Shown: piece after piece, positions 49,530 to 57,474 of the stretch
How the letters are laid out: the number at the start of each line of letters is the position of its first letter
Position numbering within the stretch: position 1 is the first letter of the stretch
Assembly: GCA_964652955.1 (NCBI GenBank)
Contig: CAZZCF010000008.1
Span: forward strand, 753-64,752
DNA: 64,000 nt
Source: an uncultured Leptospirales bacterium
GTDB lineage: Bacteria > Spirochaetota > UBA4802 > JAKQUI01
Direction: 5' to 3'
Program-made: the position numbers and the translations under genes
The notes under the pieces: model-generated
Told to the model about the DNA's origin: nothing
Databases searched by the model: none
The model's input: the letters and a program-made list of their open reading frames with translations, nothing else

Positions 49530-49600
49530 GGGATTCGGCTCAGGAGTCCGAGCATATGCCGGCTTCGCAGCAAATTACCATTAATGAAGGATGATATATC

Positions 49601-50479
49601 ATGAAAATTGAAAAGCTGCTTTTTGTGACAGAATTTGAGGAACTCTGGTACGACGCTGTTCAGCCACTCCTGGAGCTGAGGAAAGCGGGACTGAAACACG
49701 TCGTGTTTCTCCATGTCATCGACAGGGATAAGGTTGCCATGCACCGGGGTGTTGGCTATCTCAAGAGCGAAGCGGTCAAGCTCAAGGAGGTGGCGAATGT
49801 CCGCTTCATCGACTGGGCGGAGAGTCTCTTCGAGCAGGGGATGGAAGTTGGTGCTCATATTGTCGTGGGCAATCTCGTTGCGAAGATAGTATCCGTTTCT
49901 GAAGATGAGGATGTTGATCTCATTATAACCGGGTGCCACAAGAAGGGGGAGATGAAGGATCTCGTTGCCGGTTCAGAGATCATGGAAGTATTGCGGCGCT
50001 CATCGAAGCCGGTTCTGGTATTAAAGTATGCGGAATCGGGAAAGATAGATGAGAGGCTCTTTGAACGTCCCCTTTTCGCAACGGATTGGTCGCCGGCGAG
50101 TAATGCCGCGCTCCAATTCATCTCCCTGCTGAAGGATCTCGTAAAAGATGTCCGGTTAATTCATGTAGCGAGCGAGAAGAGCGTGGAAGGAACATCCGCA
50201 ATGGAGGTGCAGAAGATCAGGAAGGAGAACCGTCAGAAGCTCGAAGATGACTGCGCCGTGCTGCGGGATCAGGGGATTGCCGTTGAGCAGCATCTCTATA
50301 TCGGTGAGGTTGTCGAGCAGATAAAGAAGGCGGTACAGGAACGAAATGCGAGCATGATTGTCGTCGGCACCACAGGCAAGGGCCCCATGCGGGAGCGATG
50401 GCTCGGGAGCGTTCCCAGGCATCTCGCCGAGGAGTATAATCTGCCCGTGTTGATAGTTCCTCCGGACAGGGAGGCGTAA
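49601..50479 (+). CDS. Tandem universal stress protein
   Basis: Two USP repeats: LLFVTEF...VFLHVI...DLII.G; LFATDWS.AS..A...MIVVGTTGKG....WLGSV...L.....PVLIVP. Confidence 0.88.
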   Translation: MKIEKLLFVTEFEELWYDAVQPLLELRKAGLKHVVFLHVIDRDKVAMHRGVGYLKSEAVKLKEVANVRFIDWAESLFEQGMEVGAHIVVGNLVAKIVSVSEDEDVDLIITGCHKKGEMKDLVAGSEIMEVLRRSSKPVLVLKYAESGKIDERLFERPLFATDWSPASNAALQFISLLKDLVKDVRLIHVASEKSVEGTSAMEVQKIRKENRQKLEDDCAVLRDQGIAVEQHLYIGEVVEQIKKAVQERNASMIVVGTTGKGPMRERWLGSVPRHLAEEYNLPVLIVPPDREA

Positions 50480-50513
50480 GCAGAACGCAAATAATGTGAC
50501 AGGACGTGGCTCT

Positions 50514-51269
50514 ATGAGCGTTGAACGAATTCTATATGTGACTGATCGTGTCAAAGAGCTTCCCCTGGCTCTCAGGGGCTTGCTGCCCCTGGGAACCAGG
50601 GGGTTGCAGGAGATTATCGTTTTACTAAAAGCGGGATCTCCTGAGGTATCCGGATTATCAGCGGATGGCATCACCGTGAAAGTACTTGCGGCGAATCGTC
50701 TGAACGCTTCTCGCATTGTCGAAGTGGCCAGCGGCGAAAAGGCTTCTCTCATCGCTGTCGATCTGGACAGAAATGTCAACATCTCCTGCGGGTCACTGTA
50801 CCGGAAGCTTATCCGGACGGCGGATATTCCGATCCTCTTTATGCATCATTCGGGGAGTGTGCAGGATGGTGAGGGGAAGGGATTCTTTTCGAATGTTATC
50901 TTTCCCACTGACTGGTCCTCTGTTTCTGAGAGGGCTCTGCGGCAGCTCCTTGAATTTAAGGAGCTGCTGGGTGAGCTTGAGCTGGTAACGGTTATCAGCG
51001 GCAAGCTCTCGGTGCGGGATATGCGGCAGTTGCGGGGTCGGATTTCAGAGACGCGAAAGCGCTTGCTCGACAACAGGATTGATGCGGAATCGCACATCTA
51101 TGCCGGTACGGTGCCGGAGGAGATTCTGACAGCGGCTGGAGATTACCACGCGTCGCTTATCGTTATGGGCGGGGAGTCTGAAAAGAAGAGCCTGCGGAAG
51201 GCGATCAGAGGGAGCGCGACCAGTCGTGTTGCAACGGATGCCGCTCTGCCGGTACTGGTGGTCCCCTAA
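50514..51269 (+). CDS. Second universal stress protein (divergent first repeat)
   Basis: VIFPTDWS.VS..AL, IYAG.V.EEIL.AA.DY.ASLIVMG, GSAT.RV.....PVLVVP. Confidence 0.82.
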   Translation: MSVERILYVTDRVKELPLALRGLLPLGTRGLQEIIVLLKAGSPEVSGLSADGITVKVLAANRLNASRIVEVASGEKASLIAVDLDRNVNISCGSLYRKLIRTADIPILFMHHSGSVQDGEGKGFFSNVIFPTDWSSVSERALRQLLEFKELLGELELVTVISGKLSVRDMRQLRGRISETRKRLLDNRIDAESHIYAGTVPEEILTAAGDYHASLIVMGGESEKKSLRKAIRGSATSRVATDAALPVLVVP

Positions 51270-51332
51270 CGGAGTCCCGTATCTGACATGAGGGAGGACA
51301 GGAATGGATATTTATTTTTGGAGGAATGACCT

Positions 51333-52055
51333 ATGGAAGTAACACTGTTGGTTGAGGCCATGGATAATTCCTTTCGACTCATGGAGAATGCCAAGACACA
51401 GGCGATAGAATTGCTGAACAGCGCCGTGCGGCTCACCTCGGAAACGAGAGCGGTTGAGAAGAAGAAATTTGAGACAATCTTCACGGGAGCACGGGAAGCG
51501 CGGGCGAGAGTGCAGAACATGATTGCGACCTTTGGTATCCTCTTCGTCTTCTGGCTTGTTCTCTCGGCAAAATTTGATCTCTTTCACTTGAGCCTTGGCG
51601 TTATCTGCTCCGGAGTTGTTACTTTCATGTCACACGATCTCCTCTTTGCCAATGTCCGGGTGGGTGATATACGGCTTATGCTGTGGCGGTTTGTCACCTA
51701 CATTCCATGGCTTCTCTATCAGATTCTCCTTGCCAATTTCCATGTCGCTTCGCTGGTCCTTTCACCACGGATGCCCATCTATCCGCAGGTTGTTTGCTTC
51801 AAGACAAAGCTTGAGAGCGATATGTCCTGGGTGACGCTCGCGAATTCCATAACCCTCACGCCGGGAACGATTACCATGGATATCAGAGAACGGGAATTTT
51901 TTGTCCATGCACTCAGCAAAAAGGTGGCCGACGATCTGAGCACCGGCGAGATGGAAGACCGGGTCGCCCATATGTACATGGAGGCTGACCACATCTACAT
52001 TCAGGATGTTCTGGATGTAGCACCGATTTTCGGTGAGTTGAGAAGGACGCTCTGA
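51333..52055 (+). CDS. mrpE: Mrp antiporter subunit E with N- and C-terminal soluble extensions
   Basis: FWLVLSAK.D..HL.LG, PWL..QI..ANF.VA..VL.P, LANSITLTPGTIT, VHAL; about 60 extra helical residues at the N-terminus. Confidence 0.88.
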   Translation: MEVTLLVEAMDNSFRLMENAKTQAIELLNSAVRLTSETRAVEKKKFETIFTGAREARARVQNMIATFGILFVFWLVLSAKFDLFHLSLGVICSGVVTFMSHDLLFANVRVGDIRLMLWRFVTYIPWLLYQILLANFHVASLVLSPRMPIYPQVVCFKTKLESDMSWVTLANSITLTPGTITMDIREREFFVHALSKKVADDLSTGEMEDRVAHMYMEADHIYIQDVLDVAPIFGELRRTL

Positions 52056-52109
52056 TGAGCGCAATGCTCGGAGCGGCTCAATCTCATTGCACACGAGGGA
52101 GATATCATA

Positions 52110-52562
52110 ATGATACACGTAAGCGATGACATCATCATACGGACATTAGCAAGAATTCTGGTCCCCTTCATTCAGCTCTACGCGCTGTACGTCATCATGC
52201 ACGGGCATTACAGCCCCGGCGGCGGATTTCAGGGGGGCGTTATCCTCGGAGCAAGTATGGTGCTTCTGCTCATAACCCATGGATACGGAGAAACGAAAGT
52301 GCGATTTTCAGAGCGGGGAGCTGTGATATTTAGCAGCATCGGATTGCTCATCTACTCGGGGATTGGAACGCTCTGTCTGGTCTTTTTCGGGAACTTTCTC
52401 GATTACGGGAAGCTGTCAACCCTTTTGCAGGTCGTTCCCGCACATGCACGATCACTCGGAATTCTGGGTGTCGAGCTCGGGGTTGGCTTTGCCGTTATGG
52501 CGGTGATGTTCTCCATTTTCTTTGATATTTCAACCAGCGGAGAACTCCCCGTTGATGAGTAA
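52110..52562 (+). CDS. mrpB: Mrp antiporter subunit B (MnhB domain)
   Basis: LYALYVIMHGHYSPGGGFQGGVILG, ELGVGFAV. Confidence 0.9.
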   Translation: MIHVSDDIIIRTLARILVPFIQLYALYVIMHGHYSPGGGFQGGVILGASMVLLLITHGYGETKVRFSERGAVIFSSIGLLIYSGIGTLCLVFFGNFLDYGKLSTLLQVVPAHARSLGILGVELGVGFAVMAVMFSIFFDISTSGELPVDE

Positions 52563-52581
52563 AAAAGGATTATGACGAGGT

Positions 52582-52857
52582 ATGGTCATGACAACGTTTT
52601 TTTTGGGTATTGGCGTCGGATTGTGTATTCTGGTTTTCTTTGTACTCTATCGGGTTGTATTCGGGCCCGGTATCTTTAACAGGGTAGCAGCTATTTCGGC
52701 GATTGGAACCAAGACGCTGGTTATCCTGCTCATTATCGGGTATCTATATGATCGGATTGATATGTTCGTTGATATCAGTATGGTATACGCGCTCCTGAAC
52801 TTTATTGGGACCCTGGCGGTGGCGAAATATCTGGAAATGGAGGGAGAACGGAAATGA
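52582..52857 (+). CDS. mrpF: Mrp antiporter subunit F
   Basis: R...GP..F.R..A, D...VYALLNFIGTLA.AKYL. Confidence 0.88.
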   Translation: MVMTTFFLGIGVGLCILVFFVLYRVVFGPGIFNRVAAISAIGTKTLVILLIIGYLYDRIDMFVDISMVYALLNFIGTLAVAKYLEMEGERK

Positions 52858-53168
52858 GCGTTTCGTCAGTACTATCGATACTGTTTATGATTGGCGGGTT
52901 TTTCTTCTTTTTTACCGCGACCGCCGGCCTTCTCCGCTTTCCCGATTTCTATACCAGATTACATGCGACCGGAAAGGGGGATACGCTGGCGGTACTGCTT
53001 GCGCTCATCGGCATCAGCATTCATGAGGGTATCACGCTGAATGCCCTGAAGATACTGTTGATAGCCGTATTCATGTTTCTGGCTCAGCCGACTGCAACCC
53101 ACGCCATTTCAAAGGCCGGGATGAGACGCGGTCTGGAGCCATGGACGAAGAAAGAGGAAGAGCAATGA
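52854..53168 (+). CDS. mrpG: Mrp antiporter subunit G
   Basis: GLLRFPDFYTRLHATGK.DTL, P.ATHAI.KA. Confidence 0.9.
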   Translation: MSVSSVLSILFMIGGFFFFFTATAGLLRFPDFYTRLHATGKGDTLAVLLALIGISIHEGITLNALKILLIAVFMFLAQPTATHAISKAGMRRGLEPWTKKEEEQ

Positions 53169-53410
53169 CCTTACCATTTAATTTTATTATTCTCATTTTT
53201 GTCATGATATGCGCAGTCACGGCCATCACGGTCAGGGATCTCCTCAGTGCAGTTATGATCCTCGGCGCCTACAGCTTTTTCATGTGTCTGATATGGTCTG
53301 AGATGGGTGCCGTTGATGTTGCCTTCACCGAGGCATCCGTCAGTGCCGGTATCGGGACCATTCTCTTCATCGCAGCTATCATAAAAACGACGAGGAGGTC
53401 AAAAGATTGA
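53165..53410 (+). CDS. DUF4040 / MbhD-like subunit (split MrpA/B domain)
   Basis: RDLLSAV..LG.YS......W..MGA.DVAFTEA.V.AG; start overlaps the mrpG stop. Confidence 0.85.
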   Translation: MTLPFNFIILIFVMICAVTAITVRDLLSAVMILGAYSFFMCLIWSEMGAVDVAFTEASVSAGIGTILFIAAIIKTTRRSKD

Positions 53411-53682
53411 AAGCGCTGAACCTGTTGATAGTTTTTTTAACCGGTGCTCTCCTCATCTACGGGACGCTCGATATGCCGGATTTCGGCGATCCCAACTCTC
53501 CTGCGAGCCTCCACGTTTCGCCTGAGTACCTGCAGAACATAATACAGGACACGGCAACTCCCAATGCGGTTACCTCTCTTCTCGCCGATTATCGTGGATA
53601 TGATACGATGGGTGAGACAACGGTAATCTTCACGGCAGGGATTGCCTGTATTCTGCTCCTGAGAACGATGAGGAAGGAGTAG
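53407..53682 (+). CDS. MbhE-like subunit (split MrpA/B domain)
   Basis: P.FGDP, NAVTSLLADYRGYDTMGETTVIF motif; TTG start overlaps the previous stop. Confidence 0.85.
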   Translation: MKALNLLIVFLTGALLIYGTLDMPDFGDPNSPASLHVSPEYLQNIIQDTATPNAVTSLLADYRGYDTMGETTVIFTAGIACILLLRTMRKE

Positions 53683-53687
53683 CGCCA

Positions 53688-54071
53688 ATGATAGAGTTGA
53701 TTGCAGGCAAGTATAATTACTGGATTTACATCATTCTGATGATGATCGGTTTCTATGCCATGATAGGCAAGCGGAATATGGTCAAAAAGGTTATCGGGAT
53801 GAACATCTTTCAGACATCGATAATTCTCTTTTACATTTCCATTGCCTTCAAGAAGGGCGCCACCCTGCCGATTATCCGCGAAACGGCTGATCATGTCGCT
53901 GCGGCGGTGGAGGTTTCACAATATATCAATCCTCTGCCGCATGTGCTCATGCTGACGGCCATCGTGGTTATGGTTGCTACTCTTGGTGTCGCGATTGCGA
54001 TTCTGATTCTCATCTACCGGCGATACGGTACGCTGGAAGAGGATGAGATTCTCAAGAAGGTGAAATCCTAA
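53688..54071 (+). CDS. mrpC: Mrp antiporter subunit C
   Basis: N..KK.IGMNIFQ...ILF, NPLPHVLMLTAIVV..AT, Y..YGTLEEDEI. Confidence 0.92.
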   Translation: MIELIAGKYNYWIYIILMMIGFYAMIGKRNMVKKVIGMNIFQTSIILFYISIAFKKGATLPIIRETADHVAAAVEVSQYINPLPHVLMLTAIVVMVATLGVAIAILILIYRRYGTLEEDEILKKVKS

Positions 54072-54081
54072 AGAGGACACT

Positions 54082-55566
54082 ATGAAAGAACATGCACCCG
54101 TTCTTATTGTTGTTTTCCCCATAATGTTTGCGTTTATCACACCGTTGCTCGGCTGGATACGGAAAAGCCTCTGTTATCCCTGGGTTATTCTCGCCCTCTC
54201 CCTTTCGACAATCTGCTCCCTTATTACACTCGAGGAGGTGATGACAGGGGGAGTCATTCACTATTATCTCGGGAGCTGGCTCCCGCCCTGGGGGATTGAG
54301 TACGTTGTCGATCACCTCAACGCCATGATGCTGGTTATTGTTTCGGGAGCGGCACTGCTCGTTGCCATTTATTCCCGGAGGAGCATTGAGGCGGAACTGC
54401 CGGGGAAGATGGTCTACTTCTATACGATATTTCTGCTCCAGACAACCGGCTTTCTGGGCATTGTAGTTACCGGTGATATGTTCAATCTCTACGTCTTTCT
54501 GGAGATTGCATCGCTGGCGGGTTATACCCTTATAGCAATCGGCGAGGATGGCGCACCCCTGGCGAGTTTCAGGTATATCATCATGGGGACGGTGGGCGCC
54601 TGCTTCTACCTGCTTGGCGTGGGATATCTCTACATGGTAACCGGGTCGCTGAATATGGCCGACCTGGCGACCATTATTCCGCTTATTTCCGACTCGAAGG
54701 TGGTCCTTACCGCCTTTGCCTTCTTCATGGCGGGCATCGCCATCAAGATGGCGCTTTTTCCGCTTCATGTCTGGCTTCCCGATGCATACACGAGGGCACC
54801 GTCGACGAGCAGCGCGCTGATTGCCCCGTTGATGACCAAGATATCGGTCTATGTGATGATACGCATCTTCTTTACGGTATTCAATCCATCCTTTACCGTT
54901 GATGTGCTTCCTGCAACCGATATACTTCTCTGGCTGGGGACGATTGCCATATTCGGTGGCGCCATCATGGCGCTGGCACAGACCGATTTCAAGCGCATGC
55001 TCTGTTACATCGTCGTCGCCGAGGTCGGCTATATGGTTGGTGGCATCGGAGTCGCCAATTCGATTGCAATGCAGGGTGCCGTTCTCCACCTGCTCAACGA
55101 TGCGGTGATGACGCTGGGGCTCTTCATCGTTGCCGGAATTGTTACCTATCAGATGAAGGGTCATTTGCTTTCTGATTTCAATGCACTGTTCAGGAAAATG
55201 CCGCTTACCATGGTGACCTTCGTGGTCGTTGCGCTCTCGGTTATCGGGGTTCCGCCGACCTGCGGTTTCTTCAGCAAGTGGTATCTCCTGCAGGGTGGCA
55301 TCATGGCAGGTGCATGGGGATTTGTGGTCGCCCTGCTCCTCTCGAGCTTGATCAATATTATACTCTTTTTCAGGATTTTCGAGCTTGGTTATGTCTTTCA
55401 GAGCGACGGTTCTCATCACGATCATGGACACGGGGGTTTCATTCACGAGGCTCCGGCGAGCATGCTCCTCCCCTCGGTCGTGGTCGCGCTCGGGATTCTC
55501 GCTATCGGGATTTACAATCAGGTGATTATTAACAATATCATCACATACGTGATTCCAAAATTTTAA
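54082..55566 (+). CDS. mrpD: Mrp antiporter subunit D (copy 1)
   Basis: GDMFNLYVFLEI, IKMALFPLH.WLPDAY..AP, TKIS.Y, KRML.Y, LSVIGVPPTCGFFSKW. Confidence 0.92.
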   Translation: MKEHAPVLIVVFPIMFAFITPLLGWIRKSLCYPWVILALSLSTICSLITLEEVMTGGVIHYYLGSWLPPWGIEYVVDHLNAMMLVIVSGAALLVAIYSRRSIEAELPGKMVYFYTIFLLQTTGFLGIVVTGDMFNLYVFLEIASLAGYTLIAIGEDGAPLASFRYIIMGTVGACFYLLGVGYLYMVTGSLNMADLATIIPLISDSKVVLTAFAFFMAGIAIKMALFPLHVWLPDAYTRAPSTSSALIAPLMTKISVYVMIRIFFTVFNPSFTVDVLPATDILLWLGTIAIFGGAIMALAQTDFKRMLCYIVVAEVGYMVGGIGVANSIAMQGAVLHLLNDAVMTLGLFIVAGIVTYQMKGHLLSDFNALFRKMPLTMVTFVVVALSVIGVPPTCGFFSKWYLLQGGIMAGAWGFVVALLLSSLINIILFFRIFELGYVFQSDGSHHDHGHGGFIHEAPASMLLPSVVVALGILAIGIYNQVIINNIITYVIPKF

Positions 55567-55588
55567 AGGATGGGTGAAGGGCAATCAC

Positions 55589-57058
55589 ATGGAAACAGCA
55601 TCAGTTAAACCGGTACTCGCAATTGCAGTTTCACTCTTCGGAACGCTTCTGATCGTTGCCTTTCGAAAAAAGCCGAACATCAGGGAGTTATGTACCTTTA
55701 TTATTGCCTTTGTAAAATTCGGCATCATCGCCTCAATGCTTCCCGCAGTGCTCGCTGGTTCGCGGCTGAGGTGTGATCTCGTCGATCTCCTGCCGGGTGT
55801 TGGTCTCGCCTTCAGGGTTGATTCACTGGGGCTTCTCTTCGCGCTCGTTTCATCATCGCTGTGGATTGCGACCTCCCTTTATTCTGTCGGCTATATGCGG
55901 TCTCTGAAGGAGCACTCACAGACCCGATACTATGCCTTCTTCGCGCTTGCACTCTCCTCGGCAGTGGGTGTTGCCTTCGCGGGGAATATTCTCACCCTGT
56001 ACCTCTTTTATGAGATGCTCTCCCTGTCGACGTATCCTCTCGTGACGCATCATCAGGACAGTGAAGCGCGCTTTGCCGGGAGGAAGTACCTGACCTATCT
56101 CATGGGGACTTCGATCGGCTTCTTTCTCCCTGCGGTGATCCTGACCTATTATTTCTCCGGTACGCTGAACTTCACGGAACAGGGGATTCTGACCGGTGCG
56201 GCTTCAGACACCATGCTCACGGTTGTCTTTATTCTTTACATACTCGGCATCGGTAAGGCGGCGATAATGCCGATACACGCATGGCTCCCCTCGGCGATGG
56301 TTGCCCCAACACCGGTAAGCTCGCTCCTGCATGCGGTCGCGGTTGTCAAGGTGGGGGTGTTTTCGGTACTCCGGATCTGTCTGCACGTATTCGGTCCCTA
56401 TATGATGCACGACCTCTCCCTCAATGTTTTTCTGCTCTATTTCGTGTCGGCCACGATTCTCCTCGGCTCGCTCTTCGCGTTGAAGCAGGACAATCTCAAG
56501 GCGCGGCTCGCCTATTCGACTATCAGCCAGCTCTCCTATATTGTTCTGGGAGGCGGGCTCGCGGGAATCATCGGCATTACCGGCGGCATCCTGCACATTG
56601 TCATGCACGCCTTCGGAAAGATTACTCTCTTCTTCTGCGCCGGCGCCATCATGGTCAATACCGGCCTGAAGAACATCAGCGAGATGCGGGGAATCGGCAG
56701 GAAGATGCCGGTGACCATGGCGGCATTCTTCTTCGGTTCGCTGAGCATTATCGGCATCCCGCCCCTCGGAGGATTCTGGAGCAAGTGGTATCTCGCCCTG
56801 GGCTGCATTCAGGTTGATCAGATACCGATACTGGTTGTTCTCCTGACGAGCTCACTGCTGAATGCCGCCTACTTCTTGCCTATTTCCTATAACGCCTTTT
56901 TCGCCGATCAGGACAGGTATTCGGAGGTGCGGGAAGCCCCGCTGCTGACGGTAATACCGCCGGTTTTTACGGCACTGGTTTCTTTCCTGCTGTTCATCTA
57001 TCCGGGTGTCTTTCTCGATCTGGCGAAGATGACGGCGCAAGCACTCCTGGGAGGATAG
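55589..57058 (+). CDS. mrpD: Mrp antiporter subunit D (copy 2)
   Basis: FRVDSLG, LYLFYEMLSL, GKAAIMPIHAWLP.AMVAPTPVSSLLHAVAVVK.G, LKARLAYST.SQL, SIIGIPP.GGFWSKW. Confidence 0.92.
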   Translation: METASVKPVLAIAVSLFGTLLIVAFRKKPNIRELCTFIIAFVKFGIIASMLPAVLAGSRLRCDLVDLLPGVGLAFRVDSLGLLFALVSSSLWIATSLYSVGYMRSLKEHSQTRYYAFFALALSSAVGVAFAGNILTLYLFYEMLSLSTYPLVTHHQDSEARFAGRKYLTYLMGTSIGFFLPAVILTYYFSGTLNFTEQGILTGAASDTMLTVVFILYILGIGKAAIMPIHAWLPSAMVAPTPVSSLLHAVAVVKVGVFSVLRICLHVFGPYMMHDLSLNVFLLYFVSATILLGSLFALKQDNLKARLAYSTISQLSYIVLGGGLAGIIGITGGILHIVMHAFGKITLFFCAGAIMVNTGLKNISEMRGIGRKMPVTMAAFFFGSLSIIGIPPLGGFWSKWYLALGCIQVDQIPILVVLLTSSLLNAAYFLPISYNAFFADQDRYSEVREAPLLTVIPPVFTALVSFLLFIYPGVFLDLAKMTAQALLGG

Positions 57059-57061
57059 ACA

Positions 57062-57181
57062 ATGGAAGATGAAAAAATAGAGCTCACTCATGACCCGGTC
57101 CCGGGATACCGGGCAGCCTTTATCATTTCGCTGTGCATCGCGGTGCTGTATCTCGGCTATATACTGTACCAGACTCTTTAA
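57062..57181 (+). CDS. 39-aa single-TM microprotein (MEDEKIELTHDPVPGYRAAFIISLCIAVLYLGYILYQTL), missing from the ORF track
   Basis: GGAGGA RBS inside the mrpD2 3' end, ATG 3 nt after that stop, and one clean hydrophobic helix. Confidence 0.75.
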   Translation: MEDEKIELTHDPVPGYRAAFIISLCIAVLYLGYILYQTL

Positions 57182-57222
57182 GCGGTCGCGGGAAGATACC
57201 TGTATGAGAGAGGATTAAGGAG

Positions 57223-57474
57223 ATGAACGAGAGAGGAAAGAAGTATCTCTTTGATAGTGAGAAGAATATAAAACGGCTTCTGGGGTTCGTGTATAGTGGC
57301 CTCGGTGTGCTGATAGTGTTCGATTTATTCTATCCCAAGCACGCTGAGTTCCCGTGGGAAGGATGGACCGCCTTTTACGCGGTTTTTGGTTTTGTCGCCT
57401 TTTGTTCAATCGTGCTCGCGGCAAAGTACCTGCTCCGAAAAATTGTGAAACGGGATGAGGACTATTATGATTAA
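57223..57474 (+). CDS. Small two-TM accessory protein of the Mrp operon
   Basis: RBS AAGGAG; FD..KN.KRLL, H..FPWE...FYA..GF, R..V.RDEDYYD; overlaps the next ATG. Confidence 0.78.
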   Translation: MNERGKKYLFDSEKNIKRLLGFVYSGLGVLIVFDLFYPKHAEFPWEGWTAFYAVFGFVAFCSIVLAAKYLLRKIVKRDEDYYD

